Below, in pieces: positions 26,157-40,628 of a DNA stretch of 64,000 nt. Each line of letters begins with the position of its first letter. Positions within the stretch are counted from its first letter, which is position 1. Location of the stretch: assembly GCF_006345805.1 (NCBI RefSeq), contig NC_043012.1, forward strand, positions 43,524,001 to 43,588,000. Reading direction: 5' to 3'. The DNA comes from Octopus sinensis. Lineage: Eukaryota. The notes below the pieces were generated by a model. That model searched no databases. It was given only the letters and a program-made list of their open reading frames with translations, and was not told where the DNA came from. A program made the translations under genes and the position numbers.

Positions 26157-29100
26157 TAATCTTTATTTTGCAATGTTATTTTCGGTGTTTTATGCAAATC
26201 TGTAAACCCTTGAGTTGTGTTTTTGTCTGCATAATTTTATCTTTCCCAAGGCACCTATTATTATAAAGATTTTCAGGCTCAATATTCGAGTTATTTCTAT
26301 CTCAAGAATTTTATATTGGATAATTTTTCTCCATTTCTTTCAGGTATACATTATTATATGTTTGGTCTGATTTATTGATTGAGGGACATTTCTTTTCTTA
26401 GTGGTCCTCAACAACAGTTTCTGATCGATTATCTTTTATTTTCATATCTGTCTGCATTGGCAAATCCCAAAATATTATAGCCTTGTTATTCCCGGATTCA
26501 TATTTTGATGCATTTCTAAAACATCTTTTTTCTTCTGTTAGTATTTCATAATGTTGGATTACTTCCAGTATATGTAAGTCCGAACTCTGTCACGTCTGTG
26601 GAAATATTTTTTCGTAGCTCACACTGGGCGATCACAGTCAAGATGCTTTACTATTTCTTACCCATCTCCAATTCAGCAGTTATAGTATTTCTTTTTTCAT
26701 CATATGAGTTTGATGTTTTGTGAGAGTGAGGCTGCCGCAAGCAAGAACGCTTCAAGTCTCCGCTTAGAGTCCCGTGCTTCTTAGATAGTGTTTCGAATGT
26801 TTGTCTCCACTTCATATTTATTCCTGCATTGGTCACGTAGAAGATTTTTTCACATTCACTTCAACAAGGCCTTCTGTAAATCCAAGTTTAGCTTATAGTT
26901 TATCTTGTTTCCTGTTTTTCTTCATAGCTCTTGGTCATTGTTTTCTGTTTTGTATTTGTTGGCTTCCTTGAAAGCAGAAAATGGTTTTGTTCGTAATTCG
27001 TAGCTTTTTCTCCATTAATTTCCCATGATTCTCTATAGGATATTTTTTATAGTCACTCCATAGATATTTTGTAATCCTATTCTGGTTGTATAAAGTCAAT
27101 ATTGCCTTGTATTCGCGGTAAGTATAATTTTTCTATATCTGATTTTGGGTAATGTATTGTAAATGCAGCCATTATTACCTCTATTTCTTGTTTAACGTTG
27201 CCAGTTTAGCATTCCGTTGAGAATACTATAGCGATAATTTAGAAGTGGGACAGCTATATTATTGTTGCCTATTACCTTCTTAGTTTTTTGGTTTCTTTTT
27301 TCATTAAGCTCAGTTTTAAGTATTAATCTAATGCGTCTACAATATTCCTTCCTAAATCTTTTGTCATTTGTATGTGGCTTCCTAAGTGTTTTGTCTAATT
27401 CTCTTATCTTTGTATAGTAAGATAATAGTGTTCTTAATTTTCGTCTCTTCAAGGTCACTTTAGTACATTTTCTATGCCTACAGTGATGTTTTGAGCTGTT
27501 TGCCATTTGTAAGCAAAGAACTTTTGGCGATCCATATAGAGATGGCTGATTGTTTTGTCAGGAGTATTTGTATCTATTCCTAGTTCTGCTTAACATGTCT
27601 ATCAATGGCGTCAATGCCAGACAAAAAAGTGAGAGTGAAAAGGGGAGAGAAAGAGAGAATGAGAGAATCCTTCGGATTCTTTTTCAAAGAGAGAAGGTTC
27701 TGTCTGTAACTGCAAAACTGTTGCCATTTACTCGGATATTTTCTTATTACTGTTGCTATGTTATTCATGACTAGTATGTCTAGGATCTAAATGCGGGGAA
27801 CACTGTCAAAAACCTTCCAATAGTCAATTTCTGCATGCACATTGGCTTCATTTTCCTTTGCCAGTTTTCAATTTTTACTTTATTAACCGTTCTTTCAGCT
27901 CTTCTAAAAGTATACAGTTTTCCCTTAGATATTAGTTTGATCTCTGCCTTGGATTCTGTAAATTTTGGAAAGAACATTATAACTCTGTATTTTGGTGATT
28001 TTGGTGGATATCAAAATACTTTTATTTTCAGTGCTATCTGTTAGCATCGCATTAAACTGCTATCCATTAGCATCTCATTAAACTTCTTTGCTTTCACTTT
28101 GTTTTTATGTGACTCTGTCAAATATATTAACCAGAAGTTCGGAATCTTGCCATATCTTGGTACATTACAGTTGTTTCATTTTTGTAATAACTATATTACA
28201 TCTAGCATTTTTTATGGATACCACAATAGTTCAGATGCTGTATTAGCTGCTTTGATAAATCGTTATCATGGTGGTCTCCTTACTGCTCATACCACTTCTC
28301 AACACTCTTCTTTTTATTTGTATTTAGTTCTCCATTGATCCCAATTTTATGTGTTTTTTCAAAGAATCATTGACGCTTTTTAAACCGATGGGGTTATAAC
28401 AGTTTAACAAGAATCTCTTGTTTTAAGAGTTCTTTGATTTCAAATTTACCTCCTAGTGTTAGATATTTCTGTAGTATTTGTGTACCTCTCTTTTTTACAG
28501 TTCTGTTGTTTTATTAGGGATTTCCTCGAGGATTGAGAGTTCCTTTCTATTATTTCTATCTGTTCTTTCTGAATTGTCCATGTTGTTTTCATGGATTTTA
28601 ATACTCGTATTTGAGCAGATTTCAGTTTTGTACCCACTTTCTTTTGTAGTCATAGAGATTATTTCATATACTATTTCATTTGAGTATTATCATCAGAAGA
28701 TATTTTCGTAGGTATAGCTTTAATTCTTAAATCATACCTAGTTTTAGAGTGTCGGGGTCATGATTTCCACCTTTGGAATGCCCTTTTCTTAATAACTTCT
28801 ACTTATTCCATTCTACTTACACATTTGTTTGAATATATCTTGTTCCCCCCACCTTTTTTTGGTTAGCATTGTGCAGTTCTAGATTTTAGATTTGTCATGT
28901 TTCGTTATTTATTTCATTTGTGTTGCACAAGTCAGTTCCATCTCTGCAGTTCACATTATCGGTGCTTTTCTTGATAATGAATATTTTGTGATCGCTTCTT
29001 CTGTTTTCGAATTGCATTCCTTCTTTTAAATGTTCTATATCAATTTCTGATAATTATTTTCCTTCTTGAGAATGTCAACTACTTTAGTGAGGTCCAACGA

Positions 29101-29220
29101 TACATTTACATCGGAGTTATTTTTTTTACCAAATTTTATACGAATATACTTGTTTGTGGGTAGTATATCGCTGTAGAATATACATGTAGAATAAAAATAT
29201 ATTCCACTAGTGCCCATTTG
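26152..29220 (-). mobile_element. Old, heavily decayed R4/Dong sequence (one or more copies)
   Basis: 3' end again ATTCAGTA after (ATT)n. EYCRRIRLILKTELN..NNIAVPLLNY, an FDSV-like motif near 27800 and further degraded ORF remnants up to ~29200. Confidence 0.6.
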
Positions 29221-29706
29221 TGACTTTTTTATATCCTTTTTGGGAGGCTTAAGCAGTGAAGCGCAGACCTTTTATTTAGATATCCATCATTTTGAACGGG
29301 TAGCGGTTTGTTTCTGTTGGTGAGATTTTCACACGTAACATTTTGGGTTATTGTGAAAGAAATTCAAATAAGCATTGCCCGTTTAAGAACTTAAGGCTGA
29401 ATATTATGGTTTTAACTTGAATTATTTGTCATTTATTGTGTTTGATGGTGAGAGGTGGAGTGGTCTGCTATCGGTACAGACAGCGCTTCGTTGCTCGTGT
29501 TCATATGTTGTATGAAAAATTGGATACTGTAAACACTTTTAATATCTTATCTTATACATGGTATATATCTATAAAAATCGCATATCGTTTGATCTTGTTA
29601 AGCCGACTCTTTTGTTACCTACTCAATGAAAGAAATAAGAAATTTTGAAATTGAAACAGAATTTCCAAAATGATTTCAACGCTTTTATTTTTACTGGCTA
29701 GCTAGC

Positions 29707-29707
<1 letters not shown>

Positions 29708-29794
<87 letters not shown>
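29708..29794. repeat. (GA)n microsatellite
   Basis: Pure GA run. Confidence 0.98.
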
Positions 29795-29796
<2 letters not shown>

Positions 29797-30289
29797 GCAA
29801 GTTGATGTGAATCTATCGTTTCCTAACGCTGCAGAAGTAGTAACGTCATGTGATAGTAACAACAACACCAACAAAGTAACAGCCACAGCCACAACAACAG
29901 TGACGATGCATCAAACAAACTAGTATTAATAGCCGTAAAATAGCGCCTGCCGCCACATAATTACTGGTGGCAGAGGGAAACTTATTGTCATCGTCATGCC
30001 CGTGTAATAGCATATTGCAGTAGCAGAAATGGAGCCACTATCACACCACATCACTAATAATCAGTAGAACAACAACAATAACAACAATGTTAACAAATTC
30101 AGCATCAGAGATACAAGACAAAAAGCCATTCATTTGCTGCTGTTGCAATAAGTTTTTATTTAGTTCCTTCGTCAGTTATTGGAAAATGCAGAACAACACG
30201 TCATCAAACTCGGAGAAAACGATATTACAACTGCCAGAGCTAACCGTTAGAAGAACGGTGGTATACATGTTGAAGAGGCATTGACTAGA

Positions 30290-31600
30290 GCGTGTCTATC
30301 AAGTACAAGTCAAGCAAGCCCTGCTTGAAAAGCACCCGAGGTGGCAGAATTTATTTGTCATACGATTGTATACGAGTGAATTTTCAGGAGGAGATCTTGG
30401 CCCAAAAGCAATCCACCATACTACATAGGAATAAGAAACTTATCCTAATACCAATGTACTTGGGACACGGAGCAATTAGGATAAGAGCTGAGAACATATC
30501 AGCAGAACTAGAATACTGGTTGCTGATCAAATGAGTTGTACTGAAGGATGTACGTTGATAGAAATAGAAAGATTTGATGGGGAAAATCGAGTTGGGATAA
30601 GGCTGTAGATCCTGATTTAAGTGAAACATGAGACTCTGGACAGGATTTCCAGCGTAATAGAAATTCTGGAACTGCAACTGCAGGTGGTATGAGATTTCAC
30701 AGCCATTTCCGACACCTACGAGGTGTAAGCATCTCCAAGCCTACTAGTATCGACAGGTGGTGTTACTGCGTTGCTTTGAAAATGTGTTTCGCAATATCTC
30801 ACAATAGAATCCTCTTCCTGGGCCTAGAAGATAAGTTGGTGGTTCCAGATGTGAGCAGTAGTGAAGACCAAACCTTTAGTCTAGGAGTCATCTTCGATCC
30901 CTTAAGAACGAGGTGACTAGAAGATTTCTTAGACGACTCCAGCGTCTAGAAGACTTCTTACGAACGAATCACTCTTTACTTCAAGTGGCTGTTTAGAACT
31001 CATCATTGGATGCCCACTCTGATTGCGTCTAGTTAACTTATAGAAGAAGGGTTGACTCAGAAGGCTCGCAGATACCAACTTGATTTCTGGAATCTATCTC
31101 TAAAATGATCCGAGGGAAAGTTACTCGAAAGGATTTGGCGTCTGTTCTTTAAATTTTTGTGGAAGAGACACGTTCCATTAGTCAGATGGTCCAGTTGTCG
31201 TCAACACCCGCTGTGTTGAGATTTGCGTAGATCGATGAAGCTGTTCTCCATGCATTCCGTCCAGTAACCGAGCATTGCTGCATGTAGGACTCATCCAGTC
31301 ACCAGCTGAATCTATTATCAGGCTGGTGGCCTTAGTGAAATAGGTTGTATGAAGGTCACAACGGAAAGGGCTGAAGATAAATTCCTTCTACTTTTGCCAA
31401 ACCCACGTCAACTTTTTAAAGTTTCAATGAAAAAGGAAAGTAAGGGTGGAAAGGAAAGTGTTGCCTTCCATCAAATTTGTTGAAAGATAGATGAGAATAG
31501 TAAGGATGATTCGAGTGAGCGAGTTAGCTCTAAAGAAGTCTGTTGATTGAGGAAGGTGTTTAGGAGAGGGCTCCTTCTCCAGTGGCCAGGTAACCGTTGT
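30290..31600 (-). mobile_element. Possible highly decayed CR1/L2-type LINE (APE and linker)
   Basis: Broken minus-strand reading includes NFPSDHF (APE-like SDH motif) followed by SWYLRA; many stops and frameshifts, so the assignment is tentative. Confidence 0.4.
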
Positions 31601-31774
31601 TTTGTGGGATTCCCATGAGCAGCCCTTGGAAGTTTCCTCGATTTTGGTGAAATATTTCTTGTTTGAATTTTTTGCTTCTTTGTTTCTGTTATTTTATTGC
31701 TTTTGTGTATTGTATTGTAGCATCCCGTACTGTACATGATCTCTTTATAAAACCTTAAAGCTTAATAAAGAAAG

Positions 31775-31775
<1 letters not shown>

Positions 31776-31855
<80 letters not shown>
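31776..31855. repeat. (ACT)n microsatellite
   Basis: Pure ACT run. Confidence 0.98.
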
Positions 31856-31857
<2 letters not shown>

Positions 31858-32278
31858 ATTTTTAGTCAATTCATTAGAAAAAAGCTGGAATTAAACCAGG
31901 AACCCCTACCCCATGGCTCTCGGTATTATGTAGTTACATGAAGAAATCAATAAAGTGATAGACAGAGAAACGGAAAAGTGGTTTGTTGGATGTTTATAAT
32001 AAATGGACATGCACACAGGTGGGTTGTGTATATTAGGTAAATTTTTAAGTACCTAGATACGACTTTAATAAATGTTTACGCATTTTTCGTTAATTTTTGT
32101 AAAGCTAATCAGTAAAATATAGATTTATCATCAGCCCTTTATTTATATAATAAACTTGTTATAATCTTATGCACATGAACATTTTACTTTTCTTCTTACG
32201 CTTGTTTAATTTTTGGGGGTTGAAAAAGTAACAAAAAACAAAACAAAAAATCTCTCCACTTTTATCAGTACTAATATT

Positions 32279-32672
32279 GGTTTCAAATTTTCGCACAAAG
32301 CCAGCAACTTTGGGGGAAATCGATTATATCGATACCTTTACTCAACTACTATTTATTTCATCGACACCGAATGGATGGAACGCAAAGTTACCTCGGCAGA
32401 ATTTGAACACAGAACGTAAAGACGGACAAAATGTTGCTAAGGATCTGCCACCTTTATCTTTTCTACTATAAGCACAAAGCCAGAAATTTGGTGGAAGGGG
32501 ACTAGTTGAGGACAGGGACCCCATCAATCAAATACTACTTATTTTATCGACACTAAAAGGATGAAAGGCAAAGTCAACCTCGGCGAAATTTGAACTCAGA
32601 ACGTAAAAACAGACGAAGTGCTATAAGATTTTTTGCCCTCTCTGCTAATGAATCAGCCAGCTCACCGCCTTC
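32279..32672 (-). mobile_element. Old SINE family B dimer with 18-bp TSD
   Basis: Two diverged family B units in tandem, flanked by TTTATCAGTACTAATATT at 32261-32278 and 32673-32690. Confidence 0.85.
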
Positions 32673-32783
32673 TTTATCAGTACTAATATTAACACAATCT
32701 CACAAATTCAGGTATATCCATACTCAAAAGAAGTTTACACGTTAATAGTGCGCACGTGTGTGTGTGAGTGTGTGTGTGTGTGT

Positions 32784-32823
<40 letters not shown>

Positions 32824-35800
32824 TTGCATGCGAATGTTATGTGTCTTTTAAGTGAGATGGTAGATTTATAAATTTCATGTTTGCTCTAATCTTATCGATC
32901 GGTACTACTTGGACGTGTTCAAATGTATATGTGTTTAAGTATATTGTAAATCCATCTCATGTTTATAATATTTAATGTTTCTCGACAAATATATTCGCCA
33001 TGTGTAGTTTGAGAAAAAAATTATAATGTAGCTTTGTTTCTGTTACGGCAAATGGATTTCTTTTGGCATAGAGAAATAAATATATTTTGGCATTTTGAGA
33101 TTTAAAAAATAATTTTGTCTATTTAATCAATAAATTTATATAAAAGAATTTTGCTGTTTTCTAACAGAATGAATAGTTTATGTAATATTTACATCTGTTT
33201 CTATAAAAATCCATTAATTTCTTTCCATTGTTAAATCAGAGAATCTAATATCGAATATTTTGTAGAATTTAATAGAGACGTTAGGTAAGGTTGAATGAGG
33301 CAACGCGGTTGCTATTGCTATCATGGCTCATATTGTAAAGTTTAAAGAAACAGACAGATCAAATATTAGATATGACAGTCTGTATAAGTATATTCACTAT
33401 TTTTTAATATGAAATATAGTGTAGGGTGTTTGAAGCTTTTGTGCAATATATCAAAATATAGGAGTGTCGAACTGTAATGTTATGTACTATTCAAATAATA
33501 TGTTTGAAAGAGATATTGGTTTAGATTACGAGACAGAAGTTATTCGGACGCTTTAATATCATATCTCAAGAGATGAAAATCTCCAAGATGTCACCTAAGT
33601 GATTGGTTCAGTTTCCATTCATGAAACATCAATACCTTTATTACTCCGCATATTGATTTCTGATTGAAGGACGTGGCCAAAAATGTGCTATTGCTAATGC
33701 TTTACAAACAAATATAACATCAGTGATATATTCTATCTTGTTCTCAGTTATGCCACTGCTTGTCGCCGCAGCATATTTATTCTCTTTCATCAACATCATT
33801 ACGTCTCACAATTCATTATATTGCTCAATTGCTCGGTCTGTATTTTTCTGAGATCCTGGAATATAATCTTTAGTATTCATTCTACTGCGAGATGATACAT
33901 GCTTCTAAAGTCCCATTGGGGATTATTTTTTATATCTTAGATTACCCTCGCCCCTAAAAGAGGTTATTTGGTCGTTTGTTAAAGTTGGTCATTAACACGT
34001 CACTTCTGCAATCTATTTCTTATACTCTACAGACTACAGACTACAAATTCCACCTCAGCTAACCCAACGCATATCTCTCTCCTCTTCTCATCCTTTATCT
34101 AAATAAGCCTACAAACCTTGCAATATATCATTCAAAATTGTAAGCAATTGTAAATTTTTATCACCATTTCTGACTTTCATTACTACAAAAATTCAAACCA
34201 AATGGTACCAGACTGGCAGAGCCTACAAACTCTATGGACTTTACTACCATTTGCTTCTGACAAAAGAATGATTTTCTCCATAGTGCGCGAAAAAGACATT
34301 AGCTATCATAGACAATTGTCAATATGAAAAAAAAATCTTTACTCGAAACCAAGTGTTAATGCATTATTCAACTACCTATAGGAATGATTTTAAGAATTCT
34401 TCATAGCATTGCAAACATCAAAATGTTTATCTGAACCATCTTCAAGCGTATTATTTGAAGAAGGTGAAGTTGGTGTTTCCACTGTAAAGTAACATTTAAA
34501 CTACAGAAGGAATAGTTCGATTTGATTATGAGTATGCTTTTTGGGTCGATACCATATCGTAATTGATAAATTAAGAAAAATGGCTTAATATTGTCTTACA
34601 GTAATGGTAGCTATTGTCTTCCAAACCATGTTAATATGGCTAACAGAATTAGGTACTAAAATGTTCACGTCTCATTTCTAAAATATTCACACCTTACATA
34701 ACAACCCTCCATAGAATGGCGGCACCTTAGGGAATTTCTGGTAATTTTGAACCAACGAGGGACTCTATCTGCTAGAAATTGTAACCAAGTATCTCTCAAA
34801 TTATATCCTACCGTCTTAGATAAGGGCACATTAAATAATGTTCTCTTAGGTTTCAAGCATGCATGAAGAAGGCATGATGGCTACAGATGGAATGCCTTGA
34901 TCATACGTCAGGGTTGATCTGTGATTAAACAGATAATTTGATAGTCTATAGTAAAATTGTACACGGGCTTCGTAAGAAAATAATATCTATTCTTAAATGA
35001 CTTCTAATGTTCTATATTTCCTTTTATCCTCCTTACTCTCACTATTATTACGTTGTAACTTAATGTATATTGTTTAATGAAGCCCAACAAAAGTAAGACG
35101 TTGATAACCAATATTCTGCTCTTTATCTGCATTATGATCGCAGCTCGTCACTAAATGTATTCTCTTTGTCTCTCTTAACATCATTATTACCATCATTGTC
35201 TTTTTCATTTGCTTAGAAGTATATATAAATACTGCTTGTCAAAGTCGTTGTTGATACTGACGCTGCTGTTTGTGACATAAAGTAATACTAAGTAACAATA
35301 TTTTCCAACTTTAATATTTATTGAGAATATTTATTTAATCAGCTTTTATGAATTTATATCGATATGAAACATTGTGTATTACAGAATAACAGTCAGGTAG
35401 AACTCTGTTTCTAGTTTTATTTTAATGTTTAAGGCGAGATAAATTTAATTATGATCATAAGTGCTGATTTGATTGCCCAAGAGAGAAAAGTGCTTAGAGT
35501 TTGGATAAAGTTTTAGTTAACTGGATCGTAGCGCAATGTAAACTCAGATAACATTGTACTAACTATAATATATTAAATGACTCAGCATTCTACTCCCACA
35601 GTTATCACTTGCGACCTTACCATCAGAAAGATTATCTATCTTAGGTAAACGAATGAGGTATAGAGTATGAGTTTTGTTTGCATAAGTGTTTGCAATTAGT
35701 TTAAATGGGAATCAAAACAATCGCAAAATGTGCTCACCAAGAACTTTGGATGGTGCTCAATCAGACATTTTACGGTCTGTTATTAAATAAAACTAATGTT

Positions 35801-36294
35801 TTATGTCCTCTTTGGCCGATTTGTTATATTCGTTGTAAACTGACAGTAAATTCTTTCCGACTGACACTAGAAGTATGACGCTTTAAACATGCAATATGTT
35901 CACATTTTTGCCGTTGTCTCAGTGAAGTAGAAATGAGAAGAAAGGGAGAGAATATACATGATAGTCCAGATATTGCTCTGTCCAAATTCAGTCACTTTCT
36001 AGAGTGTTTTTGAAGTCAGGAACTTTGTTATCCAGTGTTATAAACTACCTTAACCAGTTTCTCCAAAATCATCAGTTGTCAGAGTAAAACGAAAACAAAA
36101 GAAAATTAATTGTTTGCATGCAATCCTGAATGAGGAGAAGTAGAGAGTACAGCTGTGCTGAACGATTTGAAAAACAAGTTGTTGCCACTGAAAGGATGAC
36201 AGCTTAAGCCAACAAGCTTGTCAAAAGGAAAAGACTCTCTCTTTCTCTTTCTTTCCTTCTTTCTCTCTCTCTTCTTTCTCTTTAATGCTATAAA

Positions 36295-36400
36295 ACTTTT
36301 TACAGGAATATTTCAAGGCGATGGCCTCTCTTTATTAATATTTGACATTAGTCCTTTAATGTGCGTTGGATATACATTTTTCTCGTTAAATATTAGAAGA
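36295..36400 (+). mobile_element. Tiny R4/Dong-like RT remnant
   Basis: TGIFQGDGLSLLIF resembles RGIFQGDSLSPLLF. Confidence 0.4.
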
Positions 36401-36409
36401 AAAAAGAGT

Positions 36410-36860
36410 ATTAACAGTCTGTTGAGGCTTTCATAGACTGATGAGGAAATAGAGACAGAATGAAGGTGACTCGAGGAGAAAGTCTGGTTGTGCTGTAGTT
36501 AGTATAAAGGTGAAAGAAACTAAGATAAAGCTGGAAAAAGACAGAGAGAATAAACGGGGCCCAGATGTTGATCGTTAAATAGAAAAGCGTCAATAGAAAA
36601 GCGTGGATTATGTTCAAAATAAAAATAAGAAAGAACTGTATCCATACAAGCCTGAAATTTCTCCCACAACTCTTTTACAATTGTTTCATTTGAATCATCA
36701 GCTAAATCAGAACAGATCGGTGTATCCTGATCGACTTTCGGGATTAGCCACATAATCTTCTGGAAGTCACTTGTATCATTGAGACAACTTAATATATCCT
36801 GAGAAAATAGTTTCAAACATGACATTCCTCAACAGAAGATAGATTGGTTTGGTATATAAA
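36410..36860 (-). mobile_element. Possible decayed hAT transposase C-terminus
   Basis: With frameshifts the minus strand gives FPALS..L..TTA..FSS..FL.QSM.ESLNRL, similar to the hAT dimerisation pattern FP....L...P.TTA..ER.FS.L...KT.LR..M...RLN.L. By-eye match only. Confidence 0.35.
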
Positions 36861-37351
36861 TCTGTTTTCTGTAGTTAAGAGAAATGGAATTTTGAGTGGA
36901 TATTTCTGATTTCCACAGTAAAAGGTTTAAGACATTGGAGTATAGTTTGAGGGGCATTTTTGGGTAGTTAGTATTTATTTCTAACAGACCAAATGGCACA
37001 TGTAAATTTCCTCATTAGCTCATTTTGGTGAAGGTTTTAATTAATATGCAATTTACAGTCCCGTCGTAAAAGTGTAACCCCGATTCAAAATGAAAGTAAA
37101 TTGCAATAGAAATTGGAAGTGACGGCAGTGGGATTCCAAAATCTTATAAAATGAAGATAAATACCTATGTGTTTAGTGCTTTGTAATGAAGTATTTCAGA
37201 AGTAGCAGCTGTAATACAATGTACCATGCACAGCAACGAACACCACTGAGAACGCAATTCAGTGGTGGACATGTTGATATGTGAGAGCCATCATAATTAC
37301 ATGTAAGCAGTGCAATAATCTTGCACGATTAATGAACTGTAGAGAGTGAGT

Positions 37352-37353
<2 letters not shown>

Positions 37354-37430
<77 letters not shown>
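37354..37430. repeat. (GA)n microsatellite
   Basis: Pure GA run. Confidence 0.98.
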
Positions 37431-37433
<3 letters not shown>

Positions 37434-37843
37434 TAATGGGAAGCGGTGGCATTGTCCCGAGAAGAACTATTTGGCTTTACCAGTAATAAATTCAACTTAT
37501 GTACATATTGGAATGAAACTATCGAATTTACTATCATCTTTTGGGCCAATTTACTTTCACTTTTCTTTTATGACGATAAACAGCATGTTAACCGAGTTAC
37601 TCTCCATGCCTAACGAGCCATCTATGGTACTTTTATAATTTAATCTAATTCATTATGTAGGCTTATCTTTTCCTGTTTTAGTTTATTCTTCTGATTCTAT
37701 ATTTCAATTCTAATTTACACCCAAAATACTTACAAATGATGTAACACGTAACTTGCGCGTGTATGCGTGGTGTATGTGTATGTGTGTATGTATGCGTGAG
37801 TGTGTGTATGTACGTGTATGCATGGTAGGTACATATACATATA

Positions 37844-38721
37844 TTGGTGGTCTGATCAATAAGTATCCGGACTGTTGCCATGATAACGAAGTTAAAGCCC
37901 TCAGAGTAACACTGCTTGGCACAGATTGACCTTGAACTCTATTTTGCATGCGCACTAAGTTTTAACGTTCCATCTCACTTTCGCTGTTTACAGCAGTGCT
38001 TGAAAGGAAGGTGTGTAGCGCGTGATCGTCACATTGGACATGTCAGAGAAAGTTGAGCAAAGAATCTGCATCAAATTTTGCCAAAATCTTGGCGATACCT
38101 ACTCAAAGGCCTACGCAAAGTTTTCAATGAGTTTTCATCGTTTTTGACACAATCAAAGAGATCTTGTAGAACTGAAACCCGTGTGTGTTTTTGGTCGGAT
38201 GAAAGCAGTTTTCGCACAAATTTGACAAACACGCGTCTCATACCCAAATCTTCAGCGATCATGAACTGAATTGGACCGTAATTAATCTGCACATCCTCTG
38301 ATAACTCACAGATGGTGATTCGATGATTTGGTCTCACAGCTGCACACATATCTGCAATATTTGTCTCAGTTCTTCTGGTTGCGGGTCTTCCAGAGCGTTC
38401 GTCATTATCGACATTTTTTCAGCCATCCTGGATACGTCTGAACCCCACGTACACATGTGTGCGGTGGCTCATACACTCCTCTCCATACACCTTCATGGTG
38501 ATACCTCTGAGCAGGTATCGCCATGAAAATGTCCTCTGTCATGGTCAATGCGACGACCACTCGCTGTTCACCTTCCTTCCAAGCACTGTTGTAAAAAGCG
38601 AAAGTGAGGTAGAACGTTGAAACGTAGTGTACATGCACAGTACAGCCCAAAGTCAATCTATGTCAAGTGGCTTTACACTGCGTTACTATACCAACAGTCG
38701 GAATATCTATTGATCAAGCAA
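37844..38721. mobile_element. Composite of two mariner left (5') ends in inverted orientation
   Basis: + arm 37844-38120: TIR-like GGTCTGATCAATAAG, then MSEKVEQRICIKFCQNLGDT. - arm 38721-38121: TIR-like end, matching leader, then DERSGRPATRRTETNIADMCAAVRPNHRITICELSEDV. Confidence 0.8.
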
Positions 38722-38795
38722 TATATATAGATCTATCTAGATCTATCTATCTTTCTCTCCCTCTTCCCTCTCTCCCCCCCCTCTCTCTCTCTCTC

Positions 38796-38859
<64 letters not shown>

Positions 38860-40143
38860 CGAGGGGTGTTCAATAAGTAATGCCTCTGACCCACTTGCAG
38901 TTGTTTGATCTAGCTGAAATTTTGCATGTGCAATTATTTATATCTCTATAGATTAAGTGGCAAATTACAGCTCTGAACTAATTGTGGTTTCTGATTTACA
39001 GGTGTTTGAACTGAGTCAAGTGTGAAACGGAGCCTGTTGAGTGTCGAGCAGTGATGCGGTTTTTGTATTTGAAAGGACGCACACCACGGGAGACTTTTGA
39101 TGAAATAAAATTAACTTATGGTGATGATGCCCCATCATATGACCTTGTAAAACGCTGGCATCGTGAATTCAAACATGGTCGGAACTCTGTGGAAACAGCT
39201 CCCAGATCTGGTCGCCCCCTTCTGCCATTGATGAGGCATCTGTCCGTCAAGTTGAGGCTGTCATTTTGGAAGATCGACGCATAACTATTCGCCAAATAGC
39301 CCATGAGGTCAAGATTAGTACCGGGTCTGTGGAAATTATCATTCATGACCAATTGCATATGCAAAAGGTGTCTGCCAGATGGATTCCCAGGCTGCTCACA
39401 CCTTTCCAGAAGCAAGAACGCGTCGATTGCGCGAGGATGAATTTGAAGATGTGCCAAGAAGATGAGTCAAAATTTTTCAAAAGACTGATTACACAGGATG
39501 AAACCTGAGTCCATCACTATGATCCAGAGACCAAAGCCCAGTCAATGCAGTGGAAGCACCGTGACTCACCTCCTCCAAAGAAGGCAAGGGTGCAGCCCTC
39601 CGCTGGCAAGGTCATGCTCACAGTCTTCTGGGACCAGGACGGAGTAGTGATGACAGATTTCTTGGCAAAATGGTGCCACAATTACAGGAGTCTATTATGC
39701 TTCACTTTTGAGGAAATTAAGAGAAGCTATCAAAATCAAGAGGCGGGGCAAGATCAGCAAAGGCATCCTCCTCCTGCAGGACAACGCTCCAATCCACAAC
39801 TCGCGTGTCGCCAGATCAGAAGCACGGGCGTGCGGCTATGAACTCATCCTCCATTCTCTCTTCTCTCCTGACCTGCACCCTCTGATTTTCACCTCTTCCC
39901 AGCCATGAAGTTGTTTTTGAAAGGAAAGCGTTTCCCAGATGATGCAGCCTTGATTTCTGAAGTCACGTCGTGGTTGGAGGACCAAGCTGGGGTCTTCTAC
40001 AAAAACGGTCTTCAGAGCTGCATCAAACGATGGGAGAAATGCGTAACTCTGGGTGGTTCCTATGTAAAAAAAGACTAATAACTGTGCCAAGTTTCGTTGC
40101 TATGGGAAGTGGGTCAGGGGCATTACTTATTGAACGCCCCTCG
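38860..40143 (+). mobile_element. Full-length mariner (DD34D), mildly decayed
   Basis: 37-bp TIRs CGAGGGG(T/C)GTTCAATAAGTAATGCC(T/C)CTGACCCACTT with two mismatches, TA on both sides, 1284 bp. Transposase 39027-40078 (start ACG) with WIPRLL, ITQDET*, QDNAPIH and SPDL(A)PSDF; frameshifts. Confidence 0.96.
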
Positions 40144-40407
40144 TATATATGTAGTCAACAGACGAGATCCATAGATTCTCAATGTACAAAACACTTAATG
40201 ATGCTCAAATAATTTGATCTTACACTCCGATACCTTTACCGAGGAGGAAAAAGTGGCTAAAAGAGAAATGAAGGTGAGGAGATATGCAAAAATTTTCGCT
40301 CGTTGCGTTCTCTCTACGTGTATACATGTATATATTTTATATATCAAATCCAATCAGTTTTATTTGGTTATTTGCATCATTATCTCCATCTCTCTCCCTC
40401 TCTCTCA

Positions 40408-40626
<219 letters not shown>

Positions 40627-40628
<2 letters not shown>

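Noticed and set aside
36520-36825. 101-aa ORF as a host-gene exon
   Set aside because: In-frame stop two codons upstream and no usable splice frame; better explained as a decayed hAT-like remnant.
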